Position numbers and translations under genes: made by a program. A stretch of DNA of 55,364 bases, taken from contig CBDHHL010000013.1 of assembly GCA_965263355.1 (NCBI GenBank), positions 1 through 55,364 on the forward strand, given 5' to 3'. Under the pieces are notes generated by a model. The model saw only the letters and a program-made list of their open reading frames with translations. It ran no database searches and was not told where the DNA came from. Position 1 is the first letter of the stretch. The number at the start of each line of letters is the position of its first letter. Below, piece after piece: positions 8,717 through 18,991 of this stretch. Origin of the DNA: Leptolyngbyaceae cyanobacterium (GTDB lineage Bacteria > Cyanobacteriota > Cyanobacteriia > Phormidesmidales > Phormidesmidaceae).

Positions 8717-9100
8717 TTATTGTTGGGGATGATTGAGGACCCATGCTTTGATTGCCAAGTTTTCAGTAGGCTGAATTAAAGTCTTGAGTGCGGCTTTAGC
8801 TTTTGAAAGTGCTTGAACTAATTCAATTTTGCAATCTACTGCTTGATCTGTATTTCTACTTAAAGTCATCACAAAAAGTGCTTGAGCTTCATTAAGTAAG
8901 CAGTATTTAAGCTGTCTCCCAAAGTCGTTGGCTTTTTCTGACTTCCGAACGATAGGCCCGAACTCAGCAACATATGCCTCATGCTTTCTGATATTTCTAA
9001 GGAAGCTAGCGTGTTTTATGCCTAGTTTTTTTGAGATTACTCTAGAATCAACTACTATGTTGCCGTCATCATCAAACATGACAATATTTGATTCAGTCAT
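8717..9100 (-). CDS. Rha-family phage regulatory protein
   Basis: VVDSRVISKKLGIKH..FLRNI; LNEAQALFVMTLSRNT...KIELV. Confidence 0.88.
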   Translation of the reverse strand: MTESNIVMFDDDGNIVVDSRVISKKLGIKHASFLRNIRKHEAYVAEFGPIVRKSEKANDFGRQLKYCLLNEAQALFVMTLSRNTDQAVDCKIELVQALSKAKAALKTLIQPTENLAIKAWVLNHPQQ

Positions 9101-9891
9101 GATTGAGCTGCCTCCCCTAATTTCTTGGCTAAATACTCATCGATAGCGGAGTCAATCAAGTCAACGTCTGACGACATATAGACAGTGCATTTGCGTTGTT
9201 TGCCGTTAAAGATGCGATGACCTTTTAACGGTTCTTTGTTGTGAGTTTCGCGATATTTTTTAGCGGCTAGCTTACCTATTTGAGACTCGTAGTTTTCGCA
9301 ACCTCTAATCTCTCGGTACTCCATACGGTCTCGAATAGTCCACTCTGTTTTGTCTTCAGTAGTGACTAATTGTTTTTGACTACTTGAAATAACTAAAAGG
9401 TTGCCGATGTAGTCTTCTAGTTTTTGTAGCAATACAGGGCTTGGGTCACGCATCCCGTGAACTAACGCACTTAACTTTTCTGCCCTGGCAATTTTTTTGT
9501 CTTCAATATCGATAGGATCATTCGATTTAGCAAATGGAAGTTTGCCCATTGCCTCTGCATGGATTGCAACAAGGCCCACTCCCCCGATAGATTCAACCAG
9601 TGATTCTGCTTGCTTGCTGGTTTTTCTAGCTTTATAGGCGTAATAGGTTAAACAAACTATTGCCCCTTGAATATGCCACCCATTTTTAGCTATGTCCCCA
9701 GGCTCTAAGCCTTTGTCTGCAAGGGATTTCGCCAATGACTTGCTTTTTATGTCCCCAGATGAGACTAAGGTACTATGGTCTGGCAACCCAGCAAGTCTTG
9801 CCATGCCTCGGTGTGACATAGTCCCATCGATTCGGCATTCTTGCCTAAAAAGATTTAGGATGTCGATTTTTGATACGATTTCATTAGCCAT
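9097..9891 (-). CDS. Putative phage antirepressor-like DNA-binding protein
   Basis: N-terminal MSHRGMARLAG HTH-like; C-terminal QIGKLAAKKYRE.H...VY; ATGA overlap with the Rha gene. Confidence 0.6.
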   Translation of the reverse strand: MANEIVSKIDILNLFRQECRIDGTMSHRGMARLAGLPDHSTLVSSGDIKSKSLAKSLADKGLEPGDIAKNGWHIQGAIVCLTYYAYKARKTSKQAESLVESIGGVGLVAIHAEAMGKLPFAKSNDPIDIEDKKIARAEKLSALVHGMRDPSPVLLQKLEDYIGNLLVISSSQKQLVTTEDKTEWTIRDRMEYREIRGCENYESQIGKLAAKKYRETHNKEPLKGHRIFNGKQRKCTVYMSSDVDLIDSAIDEYLAKKLGEAAQS

Positions 9892-9970
9892 AGTTTAGCT
9901 GTTCTCTAAATTGTGGTTAAGCAGCTGCCAGCACTTCCAATACTGTCAGCTGCTGCCAATCATAGCATTT

Positions 9971-11137
9971 TTACTGATGCTCAACTAGCTCAATATGAGC
10001 CATATGATCAGGCTGGCTGTCCGCTATCAATTTCGCTTGTTGCTCAATAAAGTCAGCATCAACAGATATGGGGCACGGCTCAATCTTGACATCAAAGTTA
10101 TTTATCAGCGCTTCATAAACCATCGGATTTATGCCCGCCTCAGCATTAATTAGTTCATCCAGCAAGACAAAGCTATCGAGATATTGATTGCCTTGATAGT
10201 GGCTGCCGCAATCGCCCATAGTCTTTATATGGCGATCCCCAGCCATTACATTGCGGACCACTTGAGCGGTCGTGTCTTTTTCTGTATACTCGCCCGCGTC
10301 ACAGGTGCGGGCATTGCTAGCAAATGTGTTGTTCTTTACGGTATTAATTCGGCTGTCATTCCCCTTAACAGTATTCAGGCCAACTCCAGATTTGCCATTA
10401 AACATACTGAGATTGTCTTTAATCAGTAGATTGCCCCGATAGATGCCCGTATCGTTTTGAAAATGAATGCCGTTCCCTTCATCTAAGGCCATGGTTGCGA
10501 AACCCTTAGAGAACACTCGTGAAATTACATTGCATTGGTTTCCAAAAACCAGATTCTCAGAGATTTCATACAACGTTTCCGGCGGCCCTTTTGGCTGGCT
10601 ATTGGCGATACCATGACTGCCAGAGATCGAATACCAGCAATTATGGTAAATTGCGTTACCTTTAATCAGATGAGAGTGTCCATCCTTGTTAGTAATACCC
10701 CCACCGGGGAAATGATGGATTTTACATCCCTGAATTCTGATATTTGAGCAATCGTTTAATGCGATGCCCCGTCCTGTTATTTGGATCGACGCATCTTCCC
10801 ACCATAGAGATAACGCATAATCTAGGTCTAAATCTTGACTGTGGCCTGCAAACTCTATATCAGTGATATAAACGTGATTGGAGTTTTTCATCGCTAAGCC
10901 ATTTGTGTCAGAAAGTATAGTCACTGGACCATCCCCAAACGGCATTATCTTGATTGGTGCTTCGGCTGTTCCTTTTAGCCCACTAGCAAAAAAAGCATTT
11001 CCACGGGTCCGTGTTTCCCATGAAGTGTTGTATTCTTCATGTTGATAAACGCCAGACTTTAGCAGGATACGATCGCTTGCCTCAACAACTTTAAGCGCAC
11101 TTTGAAATTGATCTGATGTCTCGATGATGTATTTCAT
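9971..11137 (-). CDS. Right-handed parallel beta-helix protein (pectate-lyase-like / depolymerase)
   Basis: ILLKSGVY, GTAEAPIKI, repeated IxGNxIYHN / IKDNLS.FNG / VKNNTF. Confidence 0.85.
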   Translation of the reverse strand: MKYIIETSDQFQSALKVVEASDRILLKSGVYQHEEYNTSWETRTRGNAFFASGLKGTAEAPIKIMPFGDGPVTILSDTNGLAMKNSNHVYITDIEFAGHSQDLDLDYALSLWWEDASIQITGRGIALNDCSNIRIQGCKIHHFPGGGITNKDGHSHLIKGNAIYHNCWYSISGSHGIANSQPKGPPETLYEISENLVFGNQCNVISRVFSKGFATMALDEGNGIHFQNDTGIYRGNLLIKDNLSMFNGKSGVGLNTVKGNDSRINTVKNNTFASNARTCDAGEYTEKDTTAQVVRNVMAGDRHIKTMGDCGSHYQGNQYLDSFVLLDELINAEAGINPMVYEALINNFDVKIEPCPISVDADFIEQQAKLIADSQPDHMAHIELVEHQ

Positions 11138-11140
11138 TGA

Positions 11141-11776
11141 TTAATTCCCGAAAAAGCCTGCATTACTTGCATCAAAAGCGAAGATAGGACTTGCCCTGAT
11201 AGACTCCGCAACGGTCTCTTTGTTTGCCATGACCCGGTCGAAGCCAAAGGCTACATATCCAAATGTATCGCCATTTTGAGCCAGTATGGGGCAAGAAATA
11301 GTTAGCTGGATATTATTTGGTTCTAGCTGCTGTCTCAATAGACCCTCTGGGAGATCCTTGGTAGGCTTGACCCAGCATTGACCTAACTTATGATAATCGA
11401 GCTGTTCTAGGTATATATCTTCTTGTTGGATGTCCAGCCATCCGTAAGTTGCCGATACTGGCACTCCGATTCGTGCGATCGCAAAACTAAAGCGCCGACG
11501 CTGGTCCTCGTCGTACAAAAATGACCCTACCCATTGAGCGTTCAAACGATCACCCATAGAAGTTATGACATCTTCGATGCTTTGTTGGTAGATAAGCCCC
11601 CTAGCGATGCCCTGTGCTATAGAACCAGGCGTTTTGATTTGCAAGCAAGCCTCGCTAAACTGAGTATGACTCGTCCAGAAAAGAACTAGGCCAAAAAATA
11701 ACCCAATCGATGCGATTATGAACGCCCGACCCAATTGTGTTCTAAGGAATGGAAACAATGCTCTATCGTTTCGCAT
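11141..11776 (-). CDS. Single-TM + GAF-like protein with T4 holin T-like architecture
   Basis: One TM helix (about aa 18-35) and a GAF-type C-terminus IQLTISCPILAQNGDTFGYVAFGF; 211 aa. Confidence 0.6.
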   Translation of the reverse strand: MRNDRALFPFLRTQLGRAFIIASIGLFFGLVLFWTSHTQFSEACLQIKTPGSIAQGIARGLIYQQSIEDVITSMGDRLNAQWVGSFLYDEDQRRRFSFAIARIGVPVSATYGWLDIQQEDIYLEQLDYHKLGQCWVKPTKDLPEGLLRQQLEPNNIQLTISCPILAQNGDTFGYVAFGFDRVMANKETVAESIRASPIFAFDASNAGFFGN

Positions 11777-12509
11777 TAGGAGTTTTGCTATCTATTGACT
11801 TTTCATTAGCCATGTCTTTAGCCTTTGATACGATACCAACAGCTGCACCGGTTGCATTAACGAGCGCCCCGATTACTAGGATCGTAGCGTCTCTGCCAAA
11901 AGACATCAGTTCCGTTGGCACTCGCCTAAAAATACTTAATAAAAATGGGGTTAGATAGAAAAAAACACCCGCATAGATCAGCCACTTAACGACGAGTTCT
12001 TGTAGCTCAGACTGGCGCAATTGTACTTGCATATCCTTGTTGGACGCTTTCAGTTCTTTATTGGATTTCTCCAATTGCAAGATCAAATCTCGTTCCTGTT
12101 GCTCTTGCTCCTTTATTTGTTCTTCTTGGCGTAAATATTCTGTGCGGTCTCGAACGACTTCGCCTACATAGGTTTCACCTTCGTGATTGACAATAAATAG
12201 TCGTAGCCAGATAGGGATCTGTCGTCCCATTCGTGTTTTGCCAAAAAGCGGAGCTTCAGAACCCATATCACGGGTCCTCTGCCCACGTAGAAACGCATCA
12301 TACATTCTGTCATGAGCGCTTTCTGATATAAGAGATTCAGGAACCAAACTGTAGACTTTCAAGCCAACCATTGCCGTTGGATTTTCGTACTCAAAAAGTC
12401 TAGCCGCTGCTGGGTTAGCAAGGACTATTTTGCGTTGTGAATTCCCAAAGATAACGGGATCAGGATTGAATTCAAATCCAGCTCTTGCTAACGCTGCGTC
12501 AGGCATCAA
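11763..12509 (-). CDS. PAS-domain (FixL-like) coiled-coil membrane protein
   Basis: IVLANPAAARLFEY..MVG..VYSLVP...AHDR...GKTRMGRQIPI.L...VRDRTE; coiled coil; two C-terminal hydrophobic helices; no kinase or cyclase output. Confidence 0.85.
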   Translation of the reverse strand: MMPDAALARAGFEFNPDPVIFGNSQRKIVLANPAAARLFEYENPTAMVGLKVYSLVPESLISESAHDRMYDAFLRGQRTRDMGSEAPLFGKTRMGRQIPIWLRLFIVNHEGETYVGEVVRDRTEYLRQEEQIKEQEQQERDLILQLEKSNKELKASNKDMQVQLRQSELQELVVKWLIYAGVFFYLTPFLLSIFRRVPTELMSFGRDATILVIGALVNATGAAVGIVSKAKDMANEKSIDSKTPNAKR

Positions 12510-12576
12510 ATTAAACCATTTTCAATTCAATAATCCATGGTCTCTCTATTTTTACAACACCGTGTTTTACAGAAGA

Positions 12577-14571
12577 TTAAGCAACTAGAACAATCAGGAC
12601 ATAGCCCTCGCCGCCGTTACCTCCTGACGCATCTACAGTACCATCCGAGCCGGTACCACCGCCGCCACCGGCACCTGGTCCCGAACCATCACTAGCCGGA
12701 TTCGTAGTGCCTCCGAAATTGCCCCCCTTACCTCCGGTTCCAAAGGCGTTAGGGTTATCTTTATCAGGGATCACGACGCCATTACCTGCGCCACCGCTGG
12801 GGATACCAAACGCCGTTGGACCGGTTCCCGCACTGGCTGATCCTCCCCCACTACCGGAACCCGGCCCCCCGTTATTTGTGCCCCCTTGAGACTGAGTAGC
12901 CCCCAGCTGTCCATTAGGTAACGCACTAGCACCGTCGCCCCCTTGTGCACCATTACGATAGACGATGCCAGGAATACTAGAGCTGCCGTTCCCTCCTGGG
13001 CCACCTAACCCCCCGGCTATGTCTACAGTATCTACGGTGGAGATCTGGCCAGCACCGCCACCGATGCCGCCCCTAAGCGTTATGGCATCAAACGGCCCTA
13101 CAGCATCTATGGTTACTTGGCCTCCAGATGAACCGTTAGAGTTTGCAGATCCACCAAGGCCAGGATTGCCGATAGTCCCGGTTATCGTTTGCCCTTGCAG
13201 TGATAGCGGAAACGCCTGCACCAGTTCTAAAGAATCTCCTGAGCCACCACCTCCGCCACCCGATTTCCCGTTACTATAGTCACTTTGAGCGCCGCCGCCA
13301 CCTCCGCCACCAGGGGCCGAGGCATATAATCTAAATTCGCTATAAAGGTTGGTCGGTACTGTGAAACTGAATGGCCCTGGAGTGTTAAATAGTATAACTT
13401 CATCAGCTGTCGCTGGAGCACTGAGGGTCAAGTCTTCAAAAACAAAAAAGACATATCCTCTAGTCCCCGATCCTCCCCTGGGAGATATGCCCGTATTGCC
13501 GGGTGCCCCTGGACCTCCGCCACCACCGCCCCCTCGTAATTCTCCTGATTGAGCGCTCAAGAACAACCGAGCATTGCCCCCATCGCCACCATCGCCATAG
13601 ACTCTCGGGTTGTCTTGCGTTATCTCCTGAGCACTATTAAAACCGGATGCCCCGGTTGCAACGTTAGCCGGAAATAAATTTCCCGATGAGTGAGCGCCCC
13701 CACCACCGCCCGCAGTACCCCCGGAAGATTCCCCATTGCCAGGGGTGTTGTTAGTGTTGGTTATCCCCCGAGCGCCATTACCACCCCTACCACCGGGAAT
13801 AGTGACTAGTGAGGCGAACCCCTCGGTAACTTGGCCCCCGGCTCCCCCTTGAGGGTTTGTCAGGCTAGCGTGCTGTCCACCACGGCCCCCTTGAGCAACG
13901 ATCCTCGGAAAATTGCCCCAGGCATTAATAATAGTGCTTCTCCCGCTGCCCCCTGGAGTAGGGCCACCATCACCTCCGGACCCTGCGCTCCCCCCAGACC
14001 CTACAGAACCGGTAACACTCTGTCCTCTTAGATCAGTCCCGTAGGACAAGCGTACAATCTCAAAAGCAGCGCCACCGCCGCCGCCTCCGCCGCCTGAGAG
14101 AATAGCAAAAGAGAACGTGTTGAACTGGCCGCCGCCGCCGCCCCCTCCGCCGCCTACCCCGTATATCGACATATGGCTATAAGGATAGGTAGGCGTTGTG
14201 AAGGAAAAGCTTCCGGCTGCCTCGAATAAGAAAAGCTCAGTCCGGGCTTCGATCTCTATCACCGGTAACGGCTGAGTGAAACTAGATCCATCGGATAACG
14301 TAATCACATAAGACGGATAGTATGTCCCTGGAGAGTAAATATGCGATATCGCATAGGGAGAGATAACTGGTTTAAGTCCGCTAGAATCCCCTGGGTTAAA
14401 CTGTATAGCAGTTGCCGAGACACTAACCCCTATGTTATTTAATTGTAGATTATACTCTCTAACGGAATCTGCAGACTGGTCAAATGCATGATAGACATGG
14501 GTTTGAGCAACATCAGACTCACTGAGATTAGGATACTCCGCAAGGCCTTGAAGATAGCGAACGATGCCCAT
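12577..14571 (-). CDS. Glycine-rich virion fibre/adhesin with two Gly-rich domains
   Basis: Two copies of F..[AP]G.FSFT.P...GGGGGGG...G.G.G.V. Confidence 0.8.
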   Translation of the reverse strand: MGIVRYLQGLAEYPNLSESDVAQTHVYHAFDQSADSVREYNLQLNNIGVSVSATAIQFNPGDSSGLKPVISPYAISHIYSPGTYYPSYVITLSDGSSFTQPLPVIEIEARTELFLFEAAGSFSFTTPTYPYSHMSIYGVGGGGGGGGGQFNTFSFAILSGGGGGGGGAAFEIVRLSYGTDLRGQSVTGSVGSGGSAGSGGDGGPTPGGSGRSTIINAWGNFPRIVAQGGRGGQHASLTNPQGGAGGQVTEGFASLVTIPGGRGGNGARGITNTNNTPGNGESSGGTAGGGGGAHSSGNLFPANVATGASGFNSAQEITQDNPRVYGDGGDGGNARLFLSAQSGELRGGGGGGGPGAPGNTGISPRGGSGTRGYVFFVFEDLTLSAPATADEVILFNTPGPFSFTVPTNLYSEFRLYASAPGGGGGGGAQSDYSNGKSGGGGGGSGDSLELVQAFPLSLQGQTITGTIGNPGLGGSANSNGSSGGQVTIDAVGPFDAITLRGGIGGGAGQISTVDTVDIAGGLGGPGGNGSSSIPGIVYRNGAQGGDGASALPNGQLGATQSQGGTNNGGPGSGSGGGSASAGTGPTAFGIPSGGAGNGVVIPDKDNPNAFGTGGKGGNFGGTTNPASDGSGPGAGGGGGTGSDGTVDASGGNGGEGYVLIVLVA

Positions 14572-16011
14572 TTATATTGCTTCCTGCTCTAGCCTAATTG
14601 TTCTATCTGAGGCAGTGACAACGCTAATTATTCCTAAGTCATAATCTCGTATAGTCACTCCTGGCGCCGGGTTAGGGTTCGCTAACGCTAATCTAAATCC
14701 AGGGTCCAGGGTTGCCGCGATCTCGGCAAACTTCATATCATAGAGATTAACAAAGGTCTGACCGTTTAGAAACGTTTTAACACTTCCCGCTTGGTCTAAA
14801 GAGACTACATGGGTAGTAGGGGCCGTTAATCCGGTCTCAACCAGTGTGAAAAACTCGGCCTTTACTAAAATTACCCCATAAGATCCCCCTCGCCTAAAAA
14901 CGATATCTCCCACCGAGAGATCGGTTTCCGAACGGTCGTACTCTACGTCTATATGCCCGTTGTTATAGATCACCGATAGATACGGAGTACTGGGATCTGC
15001 AGTAAGATCCTGAAAATCACTAAAGAGATAGGGATTGTTAGCCGATAGAAACGCCTTATAGGTAAACAAGACATGGGTAGCTAGAGACAGGTCAACCGCC
15101 GTCCCATTGCCCATGCTGATAGGTGACTCAGTTCCTGATGTGCCTAGAGTCACATTTCCAGTCCACTGAAAAAACGATGTCAGGCCTTGGAAGCTGAGGT
15201 TGCTTGATGGCTCTTCAGCGCCCGCCGACTCTCTAACCCAGCCTGTACCATCGTTGTATAACTTCAGCCCTTGAGATTCAGTTAAGCTTGCGTTTGTGTA
15301 AAGCGTTCCGTCGACAGTGACGGCGCTATTTGGAGGAATGATCGCGTCAACTTTTTTAGCTGTATTTATATTTGTTGTTAGCGGATAAGTCCCACCAGCT
15401 GACAGATAGCCAATGGACGCATAGCCCAGCGTTGCACCGTCCAGCTGCTGAGTGATCTCTTTTCCGTCGTCCTCAGTAACAAATGTGTCCCAATCTGCCG
15501 CCACAAAAGGCCCCGGTGGATCAAGACTCGCCTTATTTGCTGTGTAAAGCGTGCCTCCTTGAAAAACCTGAGTGCCCGCGAGATAGCCACCCACTAGCGC
15601 TGGATCATATCCGCTAGGAATCTCTGGCAAAAGTATTGCCAGTTTGTCCTCTTGGGCATCAGGAACCTCGTTTGCAGTAAATGCGTCAGAATGCCATCTG
15701 TTATCCTCTGTACTCCAGCTTGCAAATGTCCGGGCAGTGACGCTTTCATTGTTTACAACATAACGCCTCTGTCCGTCTGTAGTTGGGTCTGCTTCAATTG
15801 TCCAGATCGTTCCATTACTGCTGACTACATAATCTCGATCTGTTGCTGCAATTATCAGCGTATTGCCGTTATTGGCTGTCGCTGGATAGGTAGCAGATAT
15901 CGCAGATATCGCAGCAGCGCTACCCGTGGCTGCAACCACCGTGCGATCTTGTGCCGTGGCTACGAGTGTATCCGTGGACGAGGTTGGGGTTTGTCGTCTG
16001 ATGATAGGCAT
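14572..16011 (-). CDS. Putative virion structural/fibre protein
   Basis: 479 aa, Thr/Ala-rich beta protein, contiguous operon. Confidence 0.7.
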   Translation of the reverse strand: MPIIRRQTPTSSTDTLVATAQDRTVVAATGSAAAISAISATYPATANNGNTLIIAATDRDYVVSSNGTIWTIEADPTTDGQRRYVVNNESVTARTFASWSTEDNRWHSDAFTANEVPDAQEDKLAILLPEIPSGYDPALVGGYLAGTQVFQGGTLYTANKASLDPPGPFVAADWDTFVTEDDGKEITQQLDGATLGYASIGYLSAGGTYPLTTNINTAKKVDAIIPPNSAVTVDGTLYTNASLTESQGLKLYNDGTGWVRESAGAEEPSSNLSFQGLTSFFQWTGNVTLGTSGTESPISMGNGTAVDLSLATHVLFTYKAFLSANNPYLFSDFQDLTADPSTPYLSVIYNNGHIDVEYDRSETDLSVGDIVFRRGGSYGVILVKAEFFTLVETGLTAPTTHVVSLDQAGSVKTFLNGQTFVNLYDMKFAEIAATLDPGFRLALANPNPAPGVTIRDYDLGIISVVTASDRTIRLEQEAI

Positions 16012-16015
16012 TGTT

Positions 16016-18301
16016 TTATAGTGTGAACGCTGTCAACCCTGTCACTTTTGCGTATCTCAACTCGGAAATAGCTGACCCAGCCCCGCGTATACGGAATCCG
16101 ACTTGTTTGTCAAGCGGATTCCCATTGTGGAAAAGCGCAACCACAGGCTCTGAGTTTATCTGCCACCGAATCTCATTTGCACTGTACTGGAGCTTTCCTG
16201 TGTAGATGTTGTCTCCTGCAAGTGTACCGGGAGTTATATTAAAAACTGCAATTCCAGGCTGAGTACTCCTATGCCAAGCTGTAGAAAGCTGTGCCTCTAT
16301 GTGCTTGACTTGCAAATTGTAATAAGACCCATTGGCATTCCTTCGGAAAATGGGTCCGTGAATAGCTCCGCTATTTGTTGAGAAACAAATAAAGTCAACT
16401 TCTATGACTTCTCCAACAGGAATTTCATTTATCAAGAACAACCATCTGTCGGGGTCAGCTTGCGGAACTCCAGCGGCAGTCAAACCCGATCCAGAAGCGC
16501 CAATCACAATTTCCCCTTGCACTGGGGTTATTGTTCCTGTTGTATGGGTAGCAGTTGTAATACTCGCGCCTGCTGCCCCTGTGAATGTCGACTCAAACAC
16601 AACACCACCTCCTGTCACTATTGGTGGGGGTGCAACTGCTGCGCTCGCTGCTGTCAGCACTAAATTATTACTGTTAATTAGCGATATGACCCTGTCGTTA
16701 GCCGCGTCATATGTTGGTTGGCCACTAAACTGTGTGGTCAAATAGTGATAACCGTCGGCGTCTAATGTAAAATCATCAATCGCCATTAAATGAAAACGGC
16801 TGTCACTGGCGATAAACGCGTCTGTTTGGCTGATTATTTCTGCTGCTGCAACTATACCACTAGAGTTATTTAGACGAATTACCAACCAATTTAGTTGCAA
16901 TCCGGTTTCTCGTTGAACATAAAAATCTAAATTGATTAGTTGATCGGCAAACCCAGGCCCGTACGCCACATTTGTTCCGTCTGTTTCTCCCATCCAAACA
17001 ACGATAGGGCCATAGTGAGTAGTTGTGCCTTTTGAAGCGTTCAACCCCGATATTAGGTTTGTGACGTTTGGATCATCAATATTCCAAGCGCCGATCCCCC
17101 CCTGGAAACCTGTGCCACTAGTTGCAGCCAGTGTACTGTTTACTGTCCCTTGGTATGCTGCAGCGAAAGAAGTCTCAAATCGAGAAGTTCCTAAATAGAC
17201 TGCGTTAGATTGGCCTATTAGAGTGTTATGGAAAACATCGCTAGAGGTTAGTGAGACCAGATCTCCCCCTGCTGATGCTGCGCTTGCAGTCATCGTTCCT
17301 AAGTTAACCAGTGATCCTTGGTTACCCGCTGTATCAGCATAACTATTAACTGGGACAGTGACTGTGTAACTGCCATCCACAGGGGCTGTTACGTCAAAAT
17401 CAACCCTTACACCGTTGTTGCCAATAGCTGTAGTGTTTGAGATCGCGATTGTCGCCACACTAGCGCCGTCAATAGCGCTGAGTGAAGCAACTGTTACAGA
17501 TGAGGGGTTAAAGCTTGTTTCGTCGTCAAAATCAACTGTAACAGTTGCGGCGACTCCCGTTGTTGCAGTGGGAAGAACCCCAACTAACACAGCTGTTGGC
17601 GCTGTAGTGTCTGTGACTCCAGCGATATTGTTGGTTACTGCAAAATTACTAAATGCCCCAGCTGTGGCCGTATTAGTGCCCGTAATCGGGTTGCCCCCCG
17701 GTGTGTGAGAAACTGTGATCGTATCAGAGTTTATATAAGCAGAATCTACGGTTAGGGTGATTGCTGAGCCTGCAATGGCAACATTATTTACAGTCTTTCC
17801 ACCTGATACTGTGAAGTCAGTTGTTGCGGGGACGCTAGCACCATCTAATGCGCTGCTAAACGTCAGCACAATCTGATCAGGGTTCGCGTCCTCTACACTG
17901 GCTGATGCTAGTGATAAAGTTGGCCCGCCCGTTACAGGTGACATATCTCTAGCGTAATATGTCACATCTACTGTAATAATTGACCCTGCCGAAGCAACTA
18001 GCGATGGATTCGTTACTAACCCTGATATCAAGTCCTCTAGCGCTGTCGTATTGCCAGGGGCATAGCCAAATCCGATAGAGCTACCAAGTGGTAGGGGAAT
18101 GGAATCATTAATTGATATCGTCGCATTGCTAGGGACAGCAGACGACACATAAAAAGTGACCCCAGTTATATCATTTGGCACATTGCCAACTGTTCTAAGA
18201 AAAACTTGCGTATCCGTAATATTTGGGATTTGTTCAGTAGCACCTGCCTCAGGCTGAGCAGATAGTTTAAGTTGTGCAATAAAACTGTTAATTACGCTCA
18301 T
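16016..18301 (-). CDS. Multidomain virion appendage: SwmB/Ig-like domains + SGNH esterase-like + beta-sandwich
   Basis: IVLTFSSALD..SVPATTDFTV; DTTAPT...DTAGN; IGQSNA, VWMGETD, DGYHY. Confidence 0.75.
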   Translation of the reverse strand: MSVINSFIAQLKLSAQPEAGATEQIPNITDTQVFLRTVGNVPNDITGVTFYVSSAVPSNATISINDSIPLPLGSSIGFGYAPGNTTALEDLISGLVTNPSLVASAGSIITVDVTYYARDMSPVTGGPTLSLASASVEDANPDQIVLTFSSALDGASVPATTDFTVSGGKTVNNVAIAGSAITLTVDSAYINSDTITVSHTPGGNPITGTNTATAGAFSNFAVTNNIAGVTDTTAPTAVLVGVLPTATTGVAATVTVDFDDETSFNPSSVTVASLSAIDGASVATIAISNTTAIGNNGVRVDFDVTAPVDGSYTVTVPVNSYADTAGNQGSLVNLGTMTASAASAGGDLVSLTSSDVFHNTLIGQSNAVYLGTSRFETSFAAAYQGTVNSTLAATSGTGFQGGIGAWNIDDPNVTNLISGLNASKGTTTHYGPIVVWMGETDGTNVAYGPGFADQLINLDFYVQRETGLQLNWLVIRLNNSSGIVAAAEIISQTDAFIASDSRFHLMAIDDFTLDADGYHYLTTQFSGQPTYDAANDRVISLINSNNLVLTAASAAVAPPPIVTGGGVVFESTFTGAAGASITTATHTTGTITPVQGEIVIGASGSGLTAAGVPQADPDRWLFLINEIPVGEVIEVDFICFSTNSGAIHGPIFRRNANGSYYNLQVKHIEAQLSTAWHRSTQPGIAVFNITPGTLAGDNIYTGKLQYSANEIRWQINSEPVVALFHNGNPLDKQVGFRIRGAGSAISELRYAKVTGLTAFTL

Positions 18302-18303
18302 GA

Positions 18304-18918
18304 CTATCTCAGAGTAAGGATCAATCTACAGTCAACTGTCGCTGTTATATCTGCTGTGCTATCTTCTCGACGCAACCTGACGGCATATGCGCCCTCCAAT
18401 GCTCCTGAATCTGAACCCGTATGCCCGACCGTATCCCCCTGGGCTGGGGCTGCTGAATCTGCCTCAATCAGTTCAAATTCATCAGCTGCCGCCGTCTGGA
18501 AAAAAGAAATTTCTGGATAGAAAACAAGTGGCCCATTGAGGGCAGAACTATAGTTGGTAACTTTGATCGCTGCTAGAACAGAAATTATTTTTTTACCCGT
18601 TGGAACCGCTACCGGGGTTGATATTTCATTTTGAGTGCTTAACGTAAAGGTTGTTCGGCTAAATTCTGTTGCCCTTTCTCCTGATATTCCCTCGATACTA
18701 TTTAATATGGCTTCGGTTGGTCCTGCCCCAATCGTAACTGAGTTAGTGCTATTAACATCTGAAAATAATGCTTGAGTGCCTTGGTTAAACCAGCCACGGT
18801 CAAGCGTCCCATCATTCAGTTGATACTGAACAGGAGTTAACTGAATCGTTGTATTGGCAGAGCCAGCTGTCAAGGTACTAGCTGGTTTTGATATTTGTCC
18901 ACTAGTTAGTAAGGTCAT
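18304..18918 (-). CDS. Putative virion protein
   Basis: 204-aa beta-rich ORF in the structural operon. Confidence 0.7.
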   Translation of the reverse strand: MTLLTSGQISKPASTLTAGSANTTIQLTPVQYQLNDGTLDRGWFNQGTQALFSDVNSTNSVTIGAGPTEAILNSIEGISGERATEFSRTTFTLSTQNEISTPVAVPTGKKIISVLAAIKVTNYSSALNGPLVFYPEISFFQTAAADEFELIEADSAAPAQGDTVGHTGSDSGALEGAYAVRLRREDSTADITATVDCRLILTLR

Positions 18919-18991
18919 ACACCAACTTCCTTAAGAGCTTCTTTGAACAACAAAAATTAAAGTCCGTCCCTACCCTTTCCTGTGCACAGCA

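Noticed and set aside
12707..14031. Pro-rich plus-strand ORFs
   Set aside because: Antisense shadows of Gly codons in 12577-14571
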